Positions 18,415-27,535 of a stretch of DNA of 64,000 bases are shown piece after piece. Source of the stretch: Xanthobacteraceae bacterium (lineage in GTDB: Bacteria; Pseudomonadota; Alphaproteobacteria; Rhizobiales; Xanthobacteraceae); contig JBEKIC010000003.1 of assembly GCA_050011955.1 (NCBI GenBank), positions 29,835 through 93,834 of the forward strand, given 5' to 3'. The position numbers were made by a program, and so were the translations under genes. The notes beneath the pieces were generated by a model. That model ran no database searches, was not told the origin of the DNA, and worked only from the letters and a program-made list of their open reading frames with translations. The first letter of the stretch is position 1, and every line of letters begins with the position of its first letter.

Positions 18415-19440
18415 TTAACTCAAGCCCAGAAAATCACACGTGAAGTACGCGAAGCGTTTGACTGCCGCTTGCATTTTTCTCAGCTCCTTTACGTCGATAT
18501 CGTCAGTCTGTGCCGAATGCATAATTCTGTCTCTGCATGTCATCAGCTCGTTAAAGGCACTCAGATTGGTAGCATCTTTCCAGTCGTCATTCCAATAACT
18601 GTGTTTTTTGATTCTATTCAGAAGCGATCGAAGATTCGCTTGATCCAATACTTCCAAAACGACCGGCTCCGTATGTTCAAGGCCATGTGAAAACACACGA
18701 CGAACGTTCACTTCAAGTGCAATTGCCAAGCTAAGAATGCTTCCGGTAATATCGCTATTATTGGCACGTTGTTCACTGTCAAATAGGAAACCAAACCAGA
18801 TTGGAGGAGCCTTTCCGGCCGATAGCGCTTTTTGTGTGGCTTCCCACTGAGCCAGCGACACCGGCTTGTTCCCAATTACCAAGACGATTCTCGGTTGCAA
18901 CCATACTCGATGTCCTGTTGCTCGCTCTCGCAAGACTGCGCCCCCTCCTTGGTCGGACGCGTAACGCACTTGCGGTTCACCAATATGACCGATACCCGAC
19001 TTCCATCGAATCACGCTCAGCCAATATTCAAATCCTTTCTTCGCCAATTCCGCCGCATCACTCACAGTACTATTGAGCCGCTTTTGCTCTTCGTCGCCAA
19101 TCAACTCGAATTGATTAGGTGGGCGCTGCATAACCGCTTCTGGAATTCGCAACGGCTTTTTTAATTCTATCTCTAGGTCGATGCTATAGACGCTATACTC
19201 AAGTGGAACGTTTCCTTCTGCTTTCCACTTCCAGCAATGCACTCGTCTCTGATCGAACGGAACGGAGTCCTTATCCGCTTTCGGGATCGAGAGCACAATG
19301 TCCTTGTCTTCATACGTGAACCTATGTGTCGCCCCCAATAATTCTGGCGTTACGCTAAGCCGATCCAATGAAAATCGATGGAAGGAATTCACTTCAACAT
19401 CTAAGAGAGCCATTTCCGTCCGGCCTGCGTCCTTAGACAT
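18415..19440 (-). CDS. hypothetical protein in an AT-rich segment; the C-terminus carries an Rx4H (HEPN-like) motif
   Basis: 341-aa ORF, visibly more AT-rich than its neighbours. C-terminal CRDRIMHSAQ sits in a predicted helical region. No other domain recognised. Confidence 0.5.
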   Translation of the reverse strand: MSKDAGRTEMALLDVEVNSFHRFSLDRLSVTPELLGATHRFTYEDKDIVLSIPKADKDSVPFDQRRVHCWKWKAEGNVPLEYSVYSIDLEIELKKPLRIPEAVMQRPPNQFELIGDEEQKRLNSTVSDAAELAKKGFEYWLSVIRWKSGIGHIGEPQVRYASDQGGGAVLRERATGHRVWLQPRIVLVIGNKPVSLAQWEATQKALSAGKAPPIWFGFLFDSEQRANNSDITGSILSLAIALEVNVRRVFSHGLEHTEPVVLEVLDQANLRSLLNRIKKHSYWNDDWKDATNLSAFNELMTCRDRIMHSAQTDDIDVKELRKMQAAVKRFAYFTCDFLGLS

Positions 19441-19628
19441 TCCCTATAACTACGCTTAAACAAAAAAACCCCGCTCCCGCGGAGCTCCCTCTCTTCAATC
19501 TACCACAAACAGCCGCCTACATCACTACCTGTGAACAACCCCGCCGCACCTCCGCCTTCGCAACATCGCGCATACCATGTTGATAAGTCCGAGCGCGCGG
19601 TTATGAACACCCCTATACTGAAAAGGCG

Positions 19629-20057
19629 ATGGACACCCTTGCGCTTACAAAGTGGATCATTTGGTGCGCCATTGCCGCGGTCGTGTGCGCCGGCATACTG
19701 GTAGGGATATATCTTTGGTACACATGGCCGAGCTCAAGCGGCCCGGGCGTGGCAACCAGCGCGCCGCAAGAGCAAGCGCCCGCCTCCCCCGCTACCCTCA
19801 ACACGAGCGCCCAGGAGCTTCAACAAAGCGAGGCGCAGGCTAGCTCGGCATCCTCCTCGCCGGCAGCCCTTAAGGCAAGTCAAAAGGCGCTGGAGCAAGC
19901 CCAGCTTCAGGCAAGCCAGAATACGCTGGAGCAAGCCCAGCGTGCCAACCCGAGCGGCGCTAGCGCGGCTTCTTCGGCAGCGACGCAAGCGCAGCTTCAG
20001 GCAAGCCAGAACGCCCTGGAACAGGTGGAGGCGCAGCAAAAAGCGCAGAAGCAGTAG
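19629..20057 (+). CDS. membrane-anchored Ala/Gln/Ser-rich repeat protein
   Basis: N-terminal TM helix, then repeated LEQAQLQASQN(T/A)LEQ units. Confidence 0.5.
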   Translation: MDTLALTKWIIWCAIAAVVCAGILVGIYLWYTWPSSSGPGVATSAPQEQAPASPATLNTSAQELQQSEAQASSASSSPAALKASQKALEQAQLQASQNTLEQAQRANPSGASAASSAATQAQLQASQNALEQVEAQQKAQKQ

Positions 20058-20131
20058 AGAAGGGCGGCACGTTATCAACACGTCATAAAAACAAATCCGC
20101 CCATCGGTAGTAAGCTTAAGCTATACAGTAT

Positions 20132-21892
20132 ATGAGATTCCTTGCCTACCGCAAACCCCTCCTCTACTCCTTCGCCATCGGCCTCGGTCTTGGATGCGCA
20201 AGTGTAGTCCTTGCCGCCTGGAGCGGCCCGCTCTCTCCGCCTCCCACCTGCACCTCGGGCAATCCCGGCTGCGATGCGCCGCTCAACGTCTCAAGCACGG
20301 GGCAGATAAAGGCGGGCAACCTCACGGCCCTGGGGCTCAGCGCCACGTCCGCCATTCTCTCTCCTGAGTTCTGCATCGGGAGCAGCTGCATCACCTCCTG
20401 GCCTTCGGCCGGCGGCGCAAGTCAATGGACCACCTCCGGCTCTTCTATTTACTACAACGGCGGCAACGTCGGCATCGGGACGGCGAATCCCACAACCCAG
20501 TTCCAAATTTTAGGAACAGGTGGGCAAGTATTAAATCCTCAAATGACGGCGCCCAGTGGATATAACACTTATCTCGATATCGGAGCGGCAGGGGGTAATT
20601 ATGCAGAACTCGAAGGAGATTCCTCTGGCAATTTCGACCTCAATGCTTATGGGGGAGCAAACGGCGTCTTCCAATCTATCCGAAGCGGTGCCGTTGCTAA
20701 CACGTTGGTATTAAAAGCCGGCAACGTCGGCATCGGGACGGCGAATCCGTGGGGGTCGCTTACTTTGGGTAATAGCGCGACATATAACGATTTAGGATTT
20801 GCCACGGGCCTGTCGTCTGACCCAACGGTCTCAAATGAAGGTGATGCCATTTTCACGACCAGCGGCGGCGGAAGCGGTATATACAGTACCTATGGCTCAT
20901 TGGTTCTCATGGGAAGATACAACGGAAGTGGTCAAGGGAACGTCTATATCGGGGCAAACGACACTCCTGATATTTCTGTCCTTGAAAGCACCGGCAACGT
21001 CGGCATCGGGACGACGAATCCGCAGCAACTATTAGATTTGAACAATAGTTCAGGTTCAGCCTCAATGCATATGTTGGAACCTGGTGTAGCCGAGGGCGGC
21101 ATCGGACTCGCCTCAGGTTCCAGTAATTTCTATATTACAAACGAGTACGGTCATGGCAACAGTTTGGGATACGCACCGCAATCAATAACACTCACAAATT
21201 CCGGCAACGTCGGCATCGGGAAGACGAATCCGAATTACACCTTAGACGTAAACGGAAGCATCGGCATAGGCAACAACGGCGGCGGGTCAACAGACAGGCT
21301 CTATCTCGCCAGTGGCGATCCCAACCATTCCATCTACTCCACTGGCAGCAATGGCAACGAAACCTACTTTTGGGAGTGGGGAGGGAATTTTAATTTTGCC
21401 GACAGCAGCCGCAACGGCAACGTCATGGCGCTCAACGCAGGCTTCGGCGCAGCAATGACCGTATGGGGCAATATTGTGGCGACCGGCGGCAGCGTCACCG
21501 CGAACGCATTTTACTACAACTCCGATGAGCGGCTCAAGACAAACATCGCCACCATCGCAAGCAGCACAGCGCTTGCCGACGTGCTCGCGCTGACACCCGT
21601 TACTTTCAATTGGATAAATCCGGCGCTGGGCACCTCAACCCAAATAGGATTCATCGCGCAACAGGTCCAGCAGGTCGTACCGGAAATCGTAACAACCGAT
21701 GCCTCAACAACAATGGAATCGGTCGATTATGCGCGTGTGACGCCGCTCCTTGTCGGCTCGGTGCAGGAACTTGATCAGAAGATCGAAGACCAGCAATCCG
21801 AGATCACTACGCAACAAACCGATATAACCGCGCAACAACAAGAGATCGACACGCTCACCGCAGAAATCCAGGCGCTCGAAGCGGGGCGCTAA
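20132..21892 (+). CDS. tail-fibre-like secreted protein with a C-terminal S74 intramolecular-chaperone domain
   Basis: N-terminal signal/TM segment, four GNVGIG(T/K)(A/T)NP repeats, C-terminal SDERLKTNI...VTFNW...IGFIAQQVQQVVPEIV...VDYARVTPLLVGSVQEL, then a coiled coil. Confidence 0.7.
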   Translation: MRFLAYRKPLLYSFAIGLGLGCASVVLAAWSGPLSPPPTCTSGNPGCDAPLNVSSTGQIKAGNLTALGLSATSAILSPEFCIGSSCITSWPSAGGASQWTTSGSSIYYNGGNVGIGTANPTTQFQILGTGGQVLNPQMTAPSGYNTYLDIGAAGGNYAELEGDSSGNFDLNAYGGANGVFQSIRSGAVANTLVLKAGNVGIGTANPWGSLTLGNSATYNDLGFATGLSSDPTVSNEGDAIFTTSGGGSGIYSTYGSLVLMGRYNGSGQGNVYIGANDTPDISVLESTGNVGIGTTNPQQLLDLNNSSGSASMHMLEPGVAEGGIGLASGSSNFYITNEYGHGNSLGYAPQSITLTNSGNVGIGKTNPNYTLDVNGSIGIGNNGGGSTDRLYLASGDPNHSIYSTGSNGNETYFWEWGGNFNFADSSRNGNVMALNAGFGAAMTVWGNIVATGGSVTANAFYYNSDERLKTNIATIASSTALADVLALTPVTFNWINPALGTSTQIGFIAQQVQQVVPEIVTTDASTTMESVDYARVTPLLVGSVQELDQKIEDQQSEITTQQTDITAQQQEIDTLTAEIQALEAGR

Positions 21893-21898
21893 CCCGCT

Positions 21899-22606
21899 AT
21901 GAAAAGACTCCCACCAAAACATCTGAAGGAGCTCGCAGTATTGTGCGGCGGCGTGGCGCTTCTTGTCGGCGTGGCGGTGTTCCTGAGTTCCGGAGCAGGC
22001 ACCTCCCACGTGGCGCTTAACGTTTCCCCGGCATCGCAAACGGCCGCGTATTGTTTATCAGACTTTGGCCCCTGTCCAGCTAATTACTGCACGTTCGCTG
22101 CCAATCCTCCGACCATCACCGCAGGCCAAAGCTCCGCCATATTGTTCGTTTGCAGCTATGGCGCGGGGTACATGTACATTAAAGGTAGTGATGGCAGCTC
22201 ATGGGGCCCCGATCTCGATCCATCAGGAGTGGTCGGTCCAACCTGGTCTCCGCAAAGTTCAGTAACGTACACGCTCTACGCCTGCCAAAATAATTCTGGT
22301 TTTTCAACGGCCGCCGGAACTGGAGCCTACGGCACAGCGAATTGCGAGGATACTTTGCCTGTGTCCCCCGCCAACCCCATCACGCTTACCGTCGGCTCCC
22401 CCTGCCCGACCCCCGCTTGGCAGCCATGGAGCAACATCTTCGTCATCGACCCCGGCCAAACCGCCAACGTCAACGCCGCAGGGTACAATATCTGTGTCAC
22501 CAACTACAGCGGCAACTATGTGGTAGTACCCGGCGGTTCGGGTGCGGAGCTGCAATCTTTCATCAACTATGCAGGCAACGTGGGCGCTTCGACCTTTTCC
22601 CCATGA
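21899..22606 (+). CDS. hypothetical secreted/anchored Cys-containing protein
   Basis: N-terminal TM helix. Starts 6 nt after the fibre gene. Confidence 0.45.
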   Translation: MKRLPPKHLKELAVLCGGVALLVGVAVFLSSGAGTSHVALNVSPASQTAAYCLSDFGPCPANYCTFAANPPTITAGQSSAILFVCSYGAGYMYIKGSDGSSWGPDLDPSGVVGPTWSPQSSVTYTLYACQNNSGFSTAAGTGAYGTANCEDTLPVSPANPITLTVGSPCPTPAWQPWSNIFVIDPGQTANVNAAGYNICVTNYSGNYVVVPGGSGAELQSFINYAGNVGASTFSP

Positions 22607-23112
22607 AAAAATACTTACCCATACTCGCATTGCTCGTACTCGCGGTCGTGGTCCTCGTTGCGTTGGGACTAGGGTGGTCAAAAGAAAATCACCCAAGTCC
22701 ATCAACTGTTCCTGCGACTGCCCATTCCGCCCCCTCCGCGCCCACGACTCCCTACGGCGCTATCACGTCCATAGCGGGCGATATGCTCACACTCAGGATG
22801 CAAACGCCTTTCAGCCCCCAAGCGTTCGCCTATACCGTCGAGCTGGCAACAAGCTCCATCATTGTGGAACACCTCAACAAGACTCCGAAGACATTCGCGG
22901 CGGAGCAAAAGGCATATAAAGAGAGCGGCGCTACCACGCCCCCTATCGCCTACACCGTGCGACCGCTCACGGTGTCTGACCTCAAAGTGGGATGGACAGT
23001 CGAGGCGCCCGGGGCGGTCAAGGAGGGGGCGGTGTGGGACGCCTCGGAGCTCATCGTCGACAGTACTCAGCCCACTGAAGCTTCAATAGCAACATCGACC
23101 GCCACTCCCTAA
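22603..23112 (+). CDS. hypothetical secreted/anchored protein
   Basis: MKKYLPILALLVLAVVVLVAL signal-anchor. Its start overlaps the previous stop (ATGA). Confidence 0.5.
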   Translation: MKKYLPILALLVLAVVVLVALGLGWSKENHPSPSTVPATAHSAPSAPTTPYGAITSIAGDMLTLRMQTPFSPQAFAYTVELATSSIIVEHLNKTPKTFAAEQKAYKESGATTPPIAYTVRPLTVSDLKVGWTVEAPGAVKEGAVWDASELIVDSTQPTEASIATSTATP

Positions 23113-23402
23113 TTCCGACGACACGCCCACCTGCTCCAACTCCCCCACAACCAAGGAATGTTCCGCAATCACCGGTTCCGAGTCAATCAGCCCTCAGCCG
23201 GCTTGGTTGCCGCAGCACATGCCCCCCAAATAGACCCCGCTTCCGCGGCTCAACCAAGCCACGGCATGCGCTCACAATCCTTCAAAAGCAGCTTCTCTTG
23301 ACAAAATCGGCTAACTATGCAACCATAGATTGCGGAAATAATCCTTCTCAGCGGCGCGCTTCCGAATGGTCGGTGGCGCGCGAACCGAGTGGGAGATGCG
23401 CC

Positions 23403-23657
23403 ATGAGCGCAAAGATCATTCCATTTCCATCTCGTCTAATCGTTCTGGAAGCTTCATACACGAAGGCGGTTTGTCATCTCAAAGATCAGGCACTCGAAGC
23501 ATGGGCGGCTTATTTCGTTTCGCACTATCCAGAACGGGTAGCGACGGGCATCACCCAAACGCACGGCTTCCAGGCGCTCTCTGAGGCTGCGCAGATGCTT
23601 CAAATCGCCGCCGACGACCTTCGCGCAAGATTACAGAATGCGATGGCCAGTATGTAG
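23403..23657 (+). CDS. small hypothetical protein (MSAKIIPFP family)
   Basis: Shares its N-terminal motif with 13669-13932. Confidence 0.45.
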   Translation: MSAKIIPFPSRLIVLEASYTKAVCHLKDQALEAWAAYFVSHYPERVATGITQTHGFQALSEAAQMLQIAADDLRARLQNAMASM

Positions 23658-23707
23658 ATCACACATACAGCGAATCGTTGAGCCTCGGAAACCAAGTCCG
23701 GGGCTCT

Positions 23708-24589
23708 TTATTTGGGCTTCATCAAACTCGCGACCACAGCACTAAGACCCGATGAGATAACCTCCCCACCTTCGACAGTTAAAATCCTTCGCTTTACGTC
23801 TTTCTTGTTCAGAATCAATGCAGAATTTGCTGCCGCCTCGGCCGACATGCCAAAATCTTGTAATCGCTTTGCCGCGGCCGCAATACGCCCCGCGACAGCC
23901 TCGGCGGTAGTGGAGTCTACATAGTCTTGACTAAATGTTGGTTCGGACAATGCAACACTCCTAATCTTAATTCCGTAGAGGTTTTCAATTTGCTCTCCTT
24001 CCTTTTCTTGCTTCCCTTCTTTTTCGCTTCGACCCGAACAAAGTAAATCCACCAACTGTCCAAGCTGCTGAACTTTTTCCTTCTTATGTAATTGATCACT
24101 GGAACACCCTAAAATTTCGATCGCAAGCTTCTTGCGTACTGTCGCGCGAATTGCATCTCGAACATGCCCCTCTTCAATTCGCAATAATAAAGGCAGAAAT
24201 CTAAGTCGAGGTTCGTACTGAACCGTGACGTGATAGCCGACGCTAACGCCGTCCTTTGAGAAAAAGTTCTCCTCAATCGGAAATGTCCTCAAGTCCAGGC
24301 GCGTTGTCACAAGACCGCTAGCTGTTACTTCCCACGGAAATTTAAGGTGAACGCCAGGTCCAAACACATGCATCCGACCAGTAAAGTAATTCGTCAAAAC
24401 AACACCGAACATGGGCTGAATTCGGAAAAAAAACCACTCGAGCGACAAAGCGAGAGAAAGTGCTGCCACTACACACAATACCATCACTAAACCCAAAAAT
24501 ATTCTGTCATTAGCGGCATCTATTCCGGCGCTCAGTCCGAGATAGAGCAGGAAGACGTAAAAATAACGTACCGCAAGAACACAAATCAC
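23708..24589 (-). CDS. membrane protein with an SPFH/band-7-like domain
   Basis: N-terminal TM helices, then GPGVHLKFPWE...SKDGVSVGYHVTVQY...IRATVRKKL...YGIKIRSVALSEP, arranged like an SPFH domain. AT-rich. Confidence 0.45.
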   Translation of the reverse strand: MICVLAVRYFYVFLLYLGLSAGIDAANDRIFLGLVMVLCVVAALSLALSLEWFFFRIQPMFGVVLTNYFTGRMHVFGPGVHLKFPWEVTASGLVTTRLDLRTFPIEENFFSKDGVSVGYHVTVQYEPRLRFLPLLLRIEEGHVRDAIRATVRKKLAIEILGCSSDQLHKKEKVQQLGQLVDLLCSGRSEKEGKQEKEGEQIENLYGIKIRSVALSEPTFSQDYVDSTTAEAVAGRIAAAAKRLQDFGMSAEAAANSALILNKKDVKRRILTVEGGEVISSGLSAVVASLMKPK

Positions 24590-24706
24590 ACACCAAAACC
24601 CAAAGACGATCTCGCGCGCGAATGTGGTATTTATTCTATCATCAAGCTTGACCGCATCTTCAAGATCAAATTCTTTGACGACCTCAGCTTGACTTTGGCC
24701 AAAAAT

Positions 24707-25042
24707 TCAACGGGTTAGCGATGGTTCGAAGGGCAAAATACGGGGCGTGTCAATTTCTTTAATGTCTCGGCCAAGCCGGGACAGTAACAAAATTCCCCGC
24801 CGTATCAGTTTACCCTGCAAAATACGCTCTCCCGCGCGCTGCCTAAATTGGCCAAAGTCAAGCTCAGAGGGCGTTAATGAACTCCGCAAACTTTTGGCTT
24901 CGTCTTGTTCCGGCACCGGAGAGGCTGATTTAGCCGGCTGCGGCTTGGGCCACAGCCACAACAGTAGTACGCATACCGCGAACATGACGACCGCGATAGG
25001 AAGCACCACGTAGTTCAAGAAGTTCATAAGGGTTGTAAACAT
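24707..25042 (-). CDS. small membrane protein upstream of the SPFH-like gene
   Basis: One N-terminal TM helix. Same strand as the SPFH-like gene. Confidence 0.4.
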   Translation of the reverse strand: MFTTLMNFLNYVVLPIAVVMFAVCVLLLWLWPKPQPAKSASPVPEQDEAKSLRSSLTPSELDFGQFRQRAGERILQGKLIRRGILLLSRLGRDIKEIDTPRILPFEPSLTR

Positions 25043-25324
25043 CCTGTCTCCCTACTTCCCCTTGGAAACCAACCCAATTCCCCAATCTGAAGGAACGTTC
25101 CGCAATTACTGGTTCCGAGTCAACCGCCTTTCAACCGCGTTGGGTGGCCAGAGCATGCCCCCCGAAAACAGACGCCATTGCGCCTGCCGTCCTGATTGTA
25201 CTCGCGGCGAAATATATCTGGTAACCTTCATTCGAGGCCGCCTCGTGCATGACTGGCCTCCTAATCAACCAAATTCTGTTCGGGTGGCCGAGGGCATTTC
25301 TTTGGGCCGCCAGAATGAGTCCAC

Positions 25325-25431
25325 GATTGCACCACGGCCACGATCCAGATAGTTTTACTGTACGGCTGAATTCCAGCCGTACGTTTCACCCTTAAGTCTC
25401 CCCCGGCGGCGTAATGGCTGGGGCTTTTTTT
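25325..25431 (+). ncRNA. candidate sRNA module 1 (conserved 5' box, stem-loop, intrinsic terminator)
   Basis: attgcaccacggccacgatccagatagttttac, then gtacggctg-aattc-cagccgtac, then ccccggc..gctgggg followed by ttttttt. No credible ORF. Paralogue at 28107-28212. Confidence 0.4.
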
Positions 25432-25619
25432 GTCGGCCGCGGCCGCCCCGCAACCAATCTTCTTTCCCCGGCTCAACTTTTGACATTTATCAAGGTTTTG
25501 GCTGCCGAGGCCGCCATCATTCAGGATAGTGCTGGATGCTGGCCGGACCAATCCTCACACCCGTTGTATTTCTGGAGGATAAAGCGTTCAGCGCCAAGTG
25601 GCCGGCACTACCAGGGAGG

Positions 25620-25646
25620 CCCCGACTTCGGTCGGGGTCTCTTTTT
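25620..25646 (+). terminator. intrinsic terminator in an ORF-free region
   Basis: ccccgac-ttcg-gtcgggg followed by tctcttttt. Confidence 0.6.
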
Positions 25647-25662
25647 GTTTAGGCACCTCGCG

Positions 25663-25738
25663 GGCGCCCCCAACCAATCCCCTTCGCGCGGCTCAACAGA
25701 GCCCCGTCGGGGGTTCAAACCCTCCAAAATCCGTGACG
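25663..25738 (+). repeat. CA-rich ~70-bp intergenic direct repeat, copy A
   Basis: ..ccaaccaatccccttcgcgcggctcaacagagccccgtcgggggttcaaaccctccaaaatccgtgacg. Confidence 0.8.
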
Positions 25739-25982
25739 CAGTTTCAGTTTCGGCCACAGGAAAAAAAGCGGCCAGGACCGGAGCCGAATAGGTGTCTAGG
25801 AGCTATTTCGATTCGGCCAAGGCCGCCCGGTTCAGATTTAACCCCCCAACGGGATTTCCTCTGACCCGAACACGACGGTAAGCGCCTTAGCTCAAGCCGC
25901 CTTGACATGAGTCAACGGTATGCCGCGCAAAATAAAGCCGGCTGGCCCATGCGAAACCGGCACTGTGTTATACTGTAAACCT

Positions 25983-26249
25983 ATGAACACAGAGACCTTT
26001 TCTGTTCGCCTCGACCGCTCAGCAAAAGTGAGGCTTCAAAAGCTCGCCAAGAGCACTGGTCGGAGCCGTGCGTTCCTCGCCGCCGAAGCGATATCCGCCT
26101 ATCTCGACACCAACGAGTGGCAGGTCGCCGGCATCACCAAAGCGCTCTCATCGCTTGATCGCGGCAAGGGCATCGCGCACGCACGCGTCAGCGAATGGGT
26201 CGCTTCCTGGGAGACCCGAAAGGAGCGCCGGTCTCCTCGGGGCGTATGA
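25983..26249 (+). CDS. ribbon-helix-helix (CopG/ParD-like) antitoxin
   Basis: MNTETFSVRLDRSAKVRLQKLAKSTGRSRAFLAAEAISAYL is an RHH fold signature. Its stop overlaps the toxin start (ATGA). Confidence 0.7.
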   Translation: MNTETFSVRLDRSAKVRLQKLAKSTGRSRAFLAAEAISAYLDTNEWQVAGITKALSSLDRGKGIAHARVSEWVASWETRKERRSPRGV

Positions 26250-26533
26250 CGCTCCTGTGGTCTCCGGAATCCATCCACGACCTCAGCGCCCTGCGCGCCC
26301 ACATCGCCGAACATGACCCGTCCGCCGCAAAGCGTATCGCCTTGCACATCCTCTACTGCGTCGAATATCTGCTGTCGGAAAATCCGAAACTCGGCGCGCC
26401 CGGCCGCGTTCCCGGCACCCGCGAACTGGTAATTCCCCAAACGCCCTACATCGTTCCTTACCGCGTGCGCGCCTCCAAAATCGAGATCGCGCGCGTGTAC
26501 CACAGCTCCCGCCGCTGGCCCGACCGCCTTTAG
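26246..26533 (+). CDS. type II toxin, ParE/RelE family
   Basis: LGAPGRVPGTRELVIPQTPYIVPYRVRASKIEIARVYHSSRRWP is a typical ParE signature. Confidence 0.8.
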   Translation: MTLLWSPESIHDLSALRAHIAEHDPSAAKRIALHILYCVEYLLSENPKLGAPGRVPGTRELVIPQTPYIVPYRVRASKIEIARVYHSSRRWPDRL

Positions 26534-26585
26534 CTCCCCGCGCTGCCAGCCAGCCGTATCGCGAGCACCGTTGGCGGGAGAGGGA

Positions 26586-26653
26586 CAACCAATCCCCTTC
26601 CACCGCTCAACCAAGCCCCGGCAACCACCAAACCCTCCAAAATTCGTGACGTG
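26586..26653 (+). repeat. CA-rich ~70-bp direct repeat, copy B
   Basis: caaccaatccccttccaccgctcaaccaagccccggcaaccaccaaaccctccaaaattcgtgacgtg. Confidence 0.85.
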
Positions 26654-26845
26654 CCGCCACGTGGTAAAGAGAAGAGTAAGAAAGAGGGACGATCATACCT
26701 TCGCCTAGTGTGGGGACGTGCCACCATCTGTTTGGCGCGCCGCATAGGCCGCCAGGCGGTTTCGGGGGGATAAATGGCGACCGTTTGGTGAGTTGGGGGG
26801 AGCCTGATGCCAATCATCCGGGCTCCCCCTGCATTTCGCCGTGTG

Positions 26846-26915
26846 CCAACCAACGCCCGTCCGTGGCTCAACCAAGCCCCGCAGCAGGGTCAAACCCTCC
26901 AAAATCCGTGACGTG
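26846..26915 (+). repeat. CA-rich ~70-bp direct repeat, copy C
   Basis: ccaaccaacgcccgtccgtggctcaaccaagccccgcagcagggtcaaaccctccaaaatccgtgacgtg. Confidence 0.85.
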
Positions 26916-26940
26916 CGAGTAGCTGTTCCCGCTGCCTGCC

Positions 26941-27330
26941 TTAAGGCTGCTGTTGAAATATGTCAGTGCCTCGCAACGGGTTGAAGCCGTACCCAGTGAG
27001 CACCCATCGCGTCGCGATCGTTTTCCCAGCCGCCCAACCGCGCCACACGGTCTTGGATTTGCAATCCGCCGTCCAATTTTTCCAAATCACAACGAACTTG
27101 ACGTGATTGCCGATTGCACGCCCCCATAAATCGTAAGGCGTACCTTGGCATTGAAAGCCCGCAGCGTGATTGATGAAGACGCCCTTAAAAGTTCCGTCCG
27201 CCTTAAGGTCGTAGAGTTTCATCTCCGAGCCGCGTTGATTCAGCCAATAAGAGGGGACCGTTAACCCCTGAGCTGACGCACTGAACGTCGCTGCGACGAC
27301 AAGGAAAAATGCCGTGACCAAGCGATACAT
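26941..27330 (-). CDS. secreted avidin/streptavidin-family (biotin-binding) protein
   Basis: Signal peptide, then YWLNQRGSEMKL...DGTFKGVFINHAAGFQCQGTPYDLWGR...VKFVVIWKNWTADCKSKTVWRGW...TRWVLT...GTDIF. The W-N-Q-x-GS and WKN spacing is as in rhizavidin/bradavidin-type avidins. Confidence 0.7.
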   Translation of the reverse strand: MYRLVTAFFLVVAATFSASAQGLTVPSYWLNQRGSEMKLYDLKADGTFKGVFINHAAGFQCQGTPYDLWGRAIGNHVKFVVIWKNWTADCKSKTVWRGWAAGKTIATRWVLTGYGFNPLRGTDIFQQQP

Positions 27331-27463
27331 GGCGCACCCTGATGGTTGGATCGACTAAACTAGTGATACGCGTAATAGTAGTACTTCCGCCATCCATGAC
27401 GCAATAATAAAATGGAGCAAAGGTACGTTAGAAGCAGCCTCCAAAACCGATTCTTTCGGCCTA

Positions 27464-27532
27464 CACCAATCCCCTTCCCCGGCTCAACCAAGCCATGGCA
27501 CACCACCAAACCTTCCAAAATCCGTGGCGTGG
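27464..27532 (+). repeat. CA-rich ~70-bp direct repeat, copy D
   Basis: caccaatccccttccccggctcaaccaagccatggcacaccaccaaaccttccaaaatccgtggcgtgg. Confidence 0.85.
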
Positions 27533-27535
27533 ATT

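Noticed and set aside
19629-23112. Prophage, suggested by the tail-fibre/S74 domain protein.
   Set aside because: No terminase, portal, capsid, tape-measure, baseplate or lysis genes occur anywhere in the island.
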